From the NCBI GenBank assembly GCA_001787205.1, contig MFWB01000007.1:1-63060 (forward strand): DNA of 63,060 nucleotides, in the 5' to 3' direction. This stretch comes from Candidatus Nomurabacteria bacterium RIFOXYB1_FULL_39_16 (GTDB lineage: Bacteria; Patescibacteriota; Minisyncoccia; Phycocordibacterales; UBA9973). A program made the translations under genes and the position numbers. Positions within the stretch are counted from its first letter, which is position 1, and each line of letters opens with the position of its first letter. Below the pieces are notes generated by a model that was given only the letters and a program-made list of their open reading frames with translations, was not told where the DNA came from and ran no database searches. Shown here in pieces: positions 57,068 through 63,060 of this stretch.

Positions 57068-57478
57068 CTAGAAAGTTTTAGGATTTAGAATGCCTCTTGC
57101 AAAAGCTATTTTAAGAGGATGAGGTATGTAAAAATTTCTTAAATAAAAAAGATTTCTGTGAGTTTCTTGCTGAGGAAAATTATAAGAGAAATATTTCTCA
57201 AAAAATTTTAGTCCTAATAAAGCTAGCACGACTAGGAGACTAAAAAGAAATACTAGCGTGTCTTTTGCTGGGAGAGTAGTAAACATACTTTGCCACTCTT
57301 GTATATGTTCCAGCGGATTTATTTTACAAATCGACATTGTATGGTTTGAGAAGGGACAATTTACTATTTCTCCGTTCAAATCCATGCCCATTCTAAATTG
57401 GTAAAGCCCAAAGAAAGACATATATATAGCCACTATTGCTATAGTAATTATTATGATTTTTGGAATCTTGGGCAACAT
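57068..57478 (-). CDS. Two-TM membrane protein, paralogue of 38256..38678
   Basis: TM - VNCPFSNHTMSICK...EHIQ - TM. The layout matches the first gene of cargo part A. Confidence 0.5.
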   Translation of the reverse strand: MLPKIPKIIIITIAIVAIYMSFFGLYQFRMGMDLNGEIVNCPFSNHTMSICKINPLEHIQEWQSMFTTLPAKDTLVFLFSLLVVLALLGLKFFEKYFSYNFPQQETHRNLFYLRNFYIPHPLKIAFARGILNPKTF

Positions 57479-57554
57479 ATAAAAATTATAAGATATTTTT
57501 TAAAATTTATCTAGTTCTTGTACAGTTACCCTTATGAGGTTACAGAGAAGCAAA

Positions 57555-57588
57555 TAAAAAAGGTGGTACTAAATGAGTAGTACCACCT
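57555..57588 (-). terminator. Intrinsic terminator
   Basis: Perfect 10-bp stem aggtggtact / agtaccacct (57561-57570 and 57579-57588), followed on the minus strand by TTTTTT. Confidence 0.7.
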
Positions 57589-57607
57589 AAATTATTATCT
57601 ATTTCCA

Positions 57608-57838
57608 TTACCACCTTGCCATTGAAAACCTCAGAATCTCATTATCTGCATCTCTAGATGTTAAATCCTCAAGTTCAGAAAGTCGCTGCTCTCTATCATC
57701 TTCCTCTTGGATATACTGGAATATGAGAGAAGTCAAAATAGCTTTTTGTTTATCACTTATCATTTCTTCCTTAGAATCTGGAAAGAAGTAACTTTTTCTT
57801 GGACCGTCAAAATTAGCTATGGCTGTATTGTTTATCAT
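57608..57838 (-). CDS. Small acidic hypothetical protein ending in ARW
   Basis: 76-aa ORF. A paralogous copy lies at 49601..49759. Confidence 0.5.
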   Translation of the reverse strand: MINNTAIANFDGPRKSYFFPDSKEEMISDKQKAILTSLIFQYIQEEDDREQRLSELEDLTSRDADNEILRFSMARW

Positions 57839-57860
57839 GTTTTTTAGATTAAGTTAATAA

Positions 57861-58532
57861 TTACTTCATAGGTAGTAAACTAGAAATTAATTCTGAGGCA
57901 TCAAATCGTGATAGGTATGGCGAGTTTAACTGGCTTAAATACTCATCCTTTGACGAAGTAGAGCATTTCTCGTTTATAAGTTGCGACAAGAAAGTTTTTT
58001 GCTTCTCTGTGGCAAATTTTGGCAAATCTTCGTGATTAAAACTTGCAACCCTATCTCTACCTTCAAGATCTGGTTCAGATAAATTGTCTTCTGCTATAAA
58101 GTCCTGAGAGAACAAGAAAGACATTCCAGTAGCTCGTAATATTCCATCCACAAAAGCTGATTTTTGTGCAACTTTTATAGTGGAATTTATAGATTCATCA
58201 TAGTCTTTAATTGAAGCGCTACCACGTCCTTCGCCACAAAGCACACCGTCTCTTCTTAAAACACAACGATAAGCAATTGTTCCATTCGCATCACCAAAGA
58301 AAGCTAAAGATTCTTTATCTGGCACAAATTGAGCAGTAATAGAATATATTTCTGCTAATCGTTCAGCACCTCCTTTACTTAGGACCTTTCTACCATTATC
58401 AGCAATAAAGTAATCCTGACCCTCAACCAAGGTAGGTAATATATTCTCAAGGAAGAATCTACGTTTCTCGTTTAATGTTTCAACTCCCTTTTTAACAGAA
58501 TTAATATCTGTTTGGACCATTGTTTCTATCAT
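57861..58532 (-). CDS. Hypothetical protein, possibly recombination- or replication-associated
   Basis: 223 aa. The SKGGAERLAEIYSI segment is reminiscent of phage single-strand-annealing proteins (weak evidence). The C-terminus holds an ATEKQKTFLSQLI motif. Confidence 0.4.
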   Translation of the reverse strand: MIETMVQTDINSVKKGVETLNEKRRFFLENILPTLVEGQDYFIADNGRKVLSKGGAERLAEIYSITAQFVPDKESLAFFGDANGTIAYRCVLRRDGVLCGEGRGSASIKDYDESINSTIKVAQKSAFVDGILRATGMSFLFSQDFIAEDNLSEPDLEGRDRVASFNHEDLPKFATEKQKTFLSQLINEKCSTSSKDEYLSQLNSPYLSRFDASELISSLLPMK

Positions 58533-58690
58533 AAGTTTGAATTAAGTTTAATAATAAGAGAGCCTTTAAGATACTCGACTGTAAACTTTTCTCCAATTTT
58601 AAAACCACTCTCGGTTAGAAAGTGGTTTGCGATTATAACTTTTGGAGCTGGTTGTCTATTTCCCCATCTGTTCTGATATGAAACAGTCAT
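58529..58690 (-). CDS. 53-aa SymE/AbrB-like small beta-barrel protein (below the track cutoff)
   Basis: My own translation: MTVSYQNRWGNRQPAPKVIIANHFLTESGFKIGEKFTVEYLKGSLIIKLNSNL. Its TGA overlaps the ATG of the next gene (ATGA). Confidence 0.4.
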   Translation of the reverse strand: MTVSYQNRWGNRQPAPKVIIANHFLTESGFKIGEKFTVEYLKGSLIIKLNSNL

Positions 58691-58698
58691 TGATCTTT

Positions 58699-59019
58699 TC
58701 ATTTTGTTGGACCAATCTTTTCGACTTGGCGATAGTAAAATAGAAACACTGGGCGTTTGTATTTTTTAAGAATGTTGCCATTGGAATCTTTCTGCTCAAC
58801 ATAGGTTATTGACCTAATTGCTTTTTCGCCACGTCTTACTTTGAAACCTAACTTTAACCACGAGTGGAAAGTCCTGATGTTGTGATAGCAATCCATGTTC
58901 TTAATCTCAGCAGGTCCGTATTTCTCTTTTATTGCATCCTCACAAATGGTTTTTGTTGTTTCTGACCCCGTATATTCAGATAGCGAACTATTCATCACTT
59001 CTTTAATACTTTGAACCAT
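58699..59019 (-). CDS. ArdC-N-like (DUF1738-type) ssDNA-binding domain protein
   Basis: TFHSWLKLGFKVRRGEKAI resembles the ArdC N-terminal TF.QA..LGG.VRKGEKG motif. Confidence 0.4.
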   Translation of the reverse strand: MVQSIKEVMNSSLSEYTGSETTKTICEDAIKEKYGPAEIKNMDCYHNIRTFHSWLKLGFKVRRGEKAIRSITYVEQKDSNGNILKKYKRPVFLFYYRQVEKIGPTK

Positions 59020-59287
59020 AGATAATAAATAATTTATATATAACTTTTATACAAGAGACTAACTTGTACTTAAAAGATACATCGACCTTTATCTTTATCT
59101 ACATAGTTTTTAATGTTTGTGTTATTAAGTATTTTAAATAGGTGATCCAGGGGGGCAGTTCGGAAAGATATATACTGGCGGGTTCCTCTAGGGTTAAGGA
59201 TGTTATTTGCGGTTTTTGAATTTATTCTGGGATCCTAAAATCAAAGGCTCAAAAAAATTTCAAAAAATTTTACAGAAATTGTCTTCT

Positions 59288-59315
59288 TTGCTTAACCCTT
59301 TTATAGGTGTATAAT
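59288..59315 (+). promoter_or_regulatory. Candidate sigma-70 promoter
   Basis: TTGCTT (59288-59293), 16 nt, then TATAAT (59310-59315). Confidence 0.45.
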
Positions 59316-59321
59316 TGTAGT

Positions 59322-59482
59322 ACAATTTAATAAATCAGTAGCCTAAACCTTTAGTAATAAAGGCATGGTGAAGGAAATCTCGTCAGAGTCAAAAAACCTA
59401 TCATATAGGGTTTACTCTGACGAGTCATATCTGGAAACAGGTATGGAGGACGCAAGTTCTCACCTATGTGGTAGGTTTTTTG
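59322..59482 (+). ncRNA. Candidate small RNA (unclassified)
   Basis: Lies downstream of the promoter above. It contains an 11-bp perfect stem ctcgtcagagt / actctgacgag (59379-59389 and 59414-59424) and ends in a short hairpin plus T6 (59462-59481). Confidence 0.3.
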
Positions 59483-59685
59483 CGTTTAGATTTGTAATTT
59501 GTAAAGAGAGGATGTTTGTTACTAATCAAGATTTAGTAACATCTAAATATTAATTCGAATAATATTTGGAGGAACTATATATTTAAATTTCACTAGCCAG
59601 ATTAGGCTTATCATTTTTATTCCACATCCTCTCTTTTCAGATCATAAATTAGTTATAGAAATTATTAGCTAAAAATTAATTATTT

Positions 59686-60171
59686 ATGTTAACAAATTTA
59701 TTTGCAGTGATAATTGTTATTGTTGTTTTCTTTGCAGTTTTTATAGCTATAGGAAATTCTGCTGATAAATCTATAAATAAAAAAGAAAGGGAAGATAAAG
59801 AAATAGCAATAAATGCACGAGTGTTTTTTAAAAGGCACCTCGATGTTATTGAAGATTATATTAAAGAAACACTTCCTGGTATGAGAGGAGGAATAAATCA
59901 AATGAATGTTATTGTCCTTAGTAATGATTGTTTAAAATTTATTGTTATAAAAGACAAAGAAGAACTAAAAAATATTCCTAATTTTATGAATTCACCTGAG
60001 GGCGGAAAGCTTAAAGAAATGGTTCACACCTATGTTTCTTTTCTTGTCGATAAATATTATGGAGGAATTGGTTCTTCTTCAGAACAGCTAGAGTATAATT
60101 ATGGAGCTTTTTTGCGAGAGAATGACATTTCAATGTTTTATTATGACAAAGAGACGAAGAAGTTAGTTTGA
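59686..60171 (+). CDS. Membrane-anchored hypothetical protein
   Basis: 161 aa with an N-terminal TM segment. Confidence 0.45.
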   Translation: MLTNLFAVIIVIVVFFAVFIAIGNSADKSINKKEREDKEIAINARVFFKRHLDVIEDYIKETLPGMRGGINQMNVIVLSNDCLKFIVIKDKEELKNIPNFMNSPEGGKLKEMVHTYVSFLVDKYYGGIGSSSEQLEYNYGAFLRENDISMFYYDKETKKLV

Positions 60172-60488
60172 GCATTATAAGGATGAAAGCAATAACCTTA
60201 AAGACAATTAAATATTCAATACCAGTTATATTTATCGCTCTAGCTATTTTATATTTCCACTATGGACCAGCACCGAATTTGTCCAAATGCCCCGACGATT
60301 ATCCCGACACCGATGCAGGGTTTAACGAGAAAATGGCTGATATGAATAAATGGACTAACCAGTTTTACGACAATCATCCAGGTGCGACTCTAGGAGACTG
60401 GAATAAAGCACGATATCAATACTGGATTGATAATAGGTGTACTGAAGCCTTAAAGAGGTATAACGAATCAAAAGCATTATTAAATTAA
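60168..60488 (+). CDS. Membrane-anchored hypothetical protein
   Basis: 106 aa with an N-terminal TM segment. It overlaps the upstream gene by 4 nt. Confidence 0.45.
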   Translation: MSIIRMKAITLKTIKYSIPVIFIALAILYFHYGPAPNLSKCPDDYPDTDAGFNEKMADMNKWTNQFYDNHPGATLGDWNKARYQYWIDNRCTEALKRYNESKALLN

Positions 60489-60497
60489 CTAAAAAAT

Positions 60498-60842
60498 ATG
60501 AATAAAATAAAAATATCAGCAATCGTTTTAATAGCTTGTTTAGCCCTAACCTTTATCTTTGATACATTGATTCCGATATGGTTGGGTATTTCAATGGGAG
60601 CTTTGAGTGCAGTAATGCTTGTATTGCTAAATATTGAAACATTTAAAGTAAAAGGGGCAATAAAGAAATTTGCTTTATACGCAGATGCTATTGTTGGACT
60701 ATTTCTTATACTGACCTTCATGCCTACTGGAATTATTAGCTATACAGTGAACAATTTCCTCTCACATTCTTTAGTATTTGTCTTCGCTGGACTATTAATT
60801 GCGATACTCTTGAATGCGTATAGTATAGAGAAAAAGGATTAA
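60498..60842 (+). CDS. Small polytopic membrane protein
   Basis: 114 aa with about four TM spans. Confidence 0.45.
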   Translation: MNKIKISAIVLIACLALTFIFDTLIPIWLGISMGALSAVMLVLLNIETFKVKGAIKKFALYADAIVGLFLILTFMPTGIISYTVNNFLSHSLVFVFAGLLIAILLNAYSIEKKD

Positions 60843-61178
60843 TAACCTATTTAGTATGGTTATTTAGTAATTAATGCCACAATTGTGGATATAGCAGTAT
60901 CCACATATGACAAGGGGTGGGAATAATCCGTATTCATCTCTAATTGTGCCTGGCCGACGGTATTTTCTGTAGAGATATAGTGTCATGGGGTGTAGGGTAA
61001 AAGCGCATCACTTTGAAGATGGGGTTAGTTCTGATACCATAGAAAGGGGATCAAGGGTTTCAGAATTTACAAGGTTTTCGATCCGTTTAACTTCCGTTCC
61101 CTTGTACGACCTCAAGTCAGGTATATATACATAGCCCTTATGATTCTTTATATCGGTTCTAACATTATTCACTAAGTC

Positions 61179-61549
61179 GCGCCTCAGCGCTCGGGTACAG
61201 TGTCACCACCGGACACGAGTGTAATGGCACTTCCAATGCCACAGATGCTCCTATGCCGGGATGTACGACAGCGCTCGGATATAGTGTCACCACCGGCGAT
61301 CCATGTAGCGGAAGTTCTGTTGCCCTCCAATATCTTGCTGGATGTAGCTCACTTTATGGATACAGCACTAGGTCTGGACAACCATGTAACGGCACCTCTG
61401 TAGCCGTCCCCATCCCTGGAACAACTCCGGGCCTGCCAAGAACTGGCGTTGAGGGCAATGCTTTAGTAAGTATTTTGCTTATGACAGTTTCCGGACTTGT
61501 GGCAATCTTTGGGTTAGCTTACCTTTCTAAACAATCTCTAAAGGCTTAA
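61179..61549 (+). pseudogene. 3' fragment of the interrupted LPXTG surface-protein gene
   Basis: The frame of ORF 61253..61549 is open upstream to 61163. It holds Cys-loop repeats (GC-x4-GYS-x2-[TS]G-x2-C-x-G), then LPRTG, a hydrophobic span and a basic tail. Confidence 0.75.
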
Positions 61550-62127
61550 TGAAAAAGTTTCTTATAAAAAGCGCAGTCATTCTAGCTGTTTGTGTTTTTG
61601 GTGTTGTGCTTTTTAGAACACTTTATTACATCCCATCGGACGAAATTCCGTTACCGGAGAAAAACGTTCCTGCTAGCGCAAGTGGAGAACGCCCCATCAG
61701 TCTATCAATACCGAAAATCAGTGTTGACACAAAAATCCAAGAAGTGGGCATCACCCAAAAAGGAAACATGGCCACTCCGAACAACTTTTTGGATGTCGGG
61801 TGGTATAAATTCGGCACTGTACCCGGAGATGTGGGTAGCGCGGTCATCGCCGGACACGTAAACAACGAGCTTGGTTTATCCGCCGTATTTAGCAAATTAG
61901 GAGAGCTCAAGGAGGGAGATGATATTTATGTGACAATGGAAAAGGATATACAACTGCATTTCAAGGTGACTAAGAGCAAAACTTATGACTTTGATGCTTC
62001 GGGAGAAGAAGTTTTCAATGAGGATGATGGCAGATTATTGAAACTAATCACTTGCACCGGCAGTTGGGTTGAAAAATTAAGAACACACAACGAACGCCTC
62101 GTGGTTAGTGCTATACTGGTTCCATAA
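61549..62127 (+). CDS. Sortase-family transpeptidase
   Basis: N-terminal TM segment, His context IAGHVNN, catalytic LITCTG, and a downstream Arg (NERLVV). The start overlaps the stop of the LPXTG gene. Confidence 0.8.
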   Translation: MKKFLIKSAVILAVCVFGVVLFRTLYYIPSDEIPLPEKNVPASASGERPISLSIPKISVDTKIQEVGITQKGNMATPNNFLDVGWYKFGTVPGDVGSAVIAGHVNNELGLSAVFSKLGELKEGDDIYVTMEKDIQLHFKVTKSKTYDFDASGEEVFNEDDGRLLKLITCTGSWVEKLRTHNERLVVSAILVP

Positions 62128-63060
62128 TGAATATGTTTTTTATTGAACCAATTCGCAATTTTTATGGCCGGTTTGAACGGCCGATTTCTTCTTTATCTTT
62201 GATTTCCGGATTTATCTTTGACGCCGTTACTCTGAAGCGGGTAGACACACTCTGGGAAAATATTTGGATTCTTGGACATTTGCTCATTGTTGGAATTTTT
62301 ATAATTCTTATTCATGTTCAAGAAAAAGAAGAAGGTGACGAAGCAAACCCAGGTAGAAAACATTTCTGGTATGTAAATATTTTACAATTTTTCTTTGGAG
62401 GAATTCTCTCCACTTACTTGGTATTTTACTTCCGTAGCGCTGATATTTTCGCAACCTGGCCGTTCATCGCTCTCTTGGTGGGAGCTTTCTGGGCCAATGA
62501 ATCTCTGAAACGACATTATATGCGATTCAGTTTTCAAATAAGTTTGTTTTATATTTCCATATATTCGTTCGCTATTTTTCTCGTGCCCATTATTTTACAC
62601 AAGATAGGTATGTGGATATTTCTGCTTTCTGGACTTGTCAGTCTCGTTTTTATCTTTGCTTTCATTTCAATCTTGTCTTATTTTGTAAAGAGAGAATTCG
62701 CCGAGAGTAAGAAACTGATTATTTCTCTGATCCTAGGCATCACGGTCTTAGTGAATGTTCTTTACTTCACCAACCTCATCCCGCCGATGCCTCTCTCACT
62801 CAAAGACGCGGACGTATACCATTTCATAGAAAAAAATAATGCAGGCAATTACGTGGTTGCCTATGAAGATTCAAGTTGGAGAGAATATTTTGACCTGTAC
62901 CCGGATTTCAACAAGCCGACCGGAGCGTCTGTCTATGCCTTTAGCGCCATTTTTTCTCCGAAAAATTTAAACATCACCATCGTTCACGAGTGGCAATATT
63001 ACAACGAGACGCAGGATAAGTGGATAACCGATAAAATAATCAATCTGCCGGTGAAAGGCG
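62127..63060 (+). CDS. Polytopic membrane protein; the gene runs off the right edge
   Basis: My own translation from ATG 62127 (overlapping the sortase stop, TAATG) is open to the window end, with multiple hydrophobic spans. The C-terminal part (VHEWQYYNE..KW) may be DUF2914-like. Confidence 0.55.
   Translation, partial: MNMFFIEPIRNFYGRFERPISSLSLISGFIFDAVTLKRVDTLWENIWILGHLLIVGIFIILIHVQEKEEGDEANPGRKHFWYVNILQFFFGGILSTYLVFYFRSADIFATWPFIALLVGAFWANESLKRHYMRFSFQISLFYISIYSFAIFLVPIILHKIGMWIFLLSGLVSLVFIFAFISILSYFVKREFAESKKLIISLILGITVLVNVLYFTNLIPPMPLSLKDADVYHFIEKNNAGNYVVAYEDSSWREYFDLYPDFNKPTGASVYAFSAIFSPKNLNITIVHEWQYYNETQDKWITDKIINLPVKG

Larger units (their letters stand above)
24475..61182. mobile_element. 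Integrated element of about 36.7 kb of the large-serine-recombinase type, carrying replication, defence and metal-resistance cargo
   Basis: The recombinase gene lies at the left end. The host gene is split, and GCGC is shared at both junctions (24475-24478 and 61179-61182). Joining the flanks restores an in-frame ORF. Confidence 0.8.

Noticed and set aside
59365-59553. 62-aa ORF in the 59.3-59.5 kb intergenic region
   Set aside because: It reads through an 11-bp perfect hairpin and a hairpin plus T-run. The unit is better explained as a non-coding transcript, though this is unproven.
24475-61182. Calling the element a prophage
   Set aside because: No terminase, portal, capsid, tail or lysis-cassette signatures were recognisable by eye. 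It is kept as a generic integrative element until sensitive searches are run.
24465-61195. Dyad symmetry around the att cores (TTCACT/AGTGAA in inferred attP; CCCGA/TCGGG and GCTG/CAGC in inferred attB)
   Set aside because: The half-sites are short, and their symmetry centres do not coincide exactly between attP and attB. I noted them but did not use them as evidence for the exact crossover dinucleotide.
1-63060. CRISPR arrays, rRNA genes, long tandem repeats
   Set aside because: I scanned by eye for regularly spaced direct repeats and for rRNA-like G+C-rich blocks and found none. This visual scan cannot exclude short or degenerate arrays.

Overview
Low-GC, gene-dense bacterial sequence whose gene content and style suggest a Patescibacteria/CPR (Parcubacteria-like) genome; this is an inference. 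Positions 1-21.4 kb are a housekeeping backbone: priA (edge-truncated), mreB, holB-like, frr, rseP, ddl, rpmG, tRNA-Trp, yhhQ-like, miaA, murA, tRNA-Leu, parB, rel, topA, dprA, serS, ftsQ-like, dus, dnaX and tRNA-Gln. Directly after tRNA-Gln lies a small accessory stretch with a membrane / HNH / membrane cassette, a G+C-rich mini-locus and a NUDIX gene.

The main result is a roughly 36.7-kb integrated element at about 24475-61182. A large serine recombinase gene sits at its left end. The element has split a signal-peptide/LPXTG surface-protein gene that lies next to a sortase gene. The two gene halves rejoin in frame across a shared GCGC core.

The element has no recognisable virion or conjugation genes. 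It carries:
- a replication/recombination module (gp4-like primase with a P-loop domain, a minimal Pol X-like enzyme, a Dam-like methyltransferase, an ArdC-N-like protein);
- a defence block (AAA+ ATPase plus S8 protease resembling ietAS, a DpnII-type GATC restriction-modification pair, two GIY-YIG proteins);
- a large two-part metal/thiol-redox cargo. Part A has a CsoR/RcnR-family repressor with two operator-bearing promoters, a Cu P1B-ATPase with an unusual CPD motif, a CDF transporter and many small metal-binding proteins. Part B has a Zn/Cd-type P1B-ATPase, three thioredoxin-fold proteins, a class V aminotransferase and an M23 peptidase.

Other points worth follow-up: the recombinase ORF reads across attL and has an alternative tail encoded at the far end of the element; two G+C-rich foreign-looking loci; a duplicated small-gene-plus-terminator module at a cargo junction; and several short ORFs and a candidate sRNA missing from the ORF track. 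All family assignments come from motifs read by eye, with no database search.
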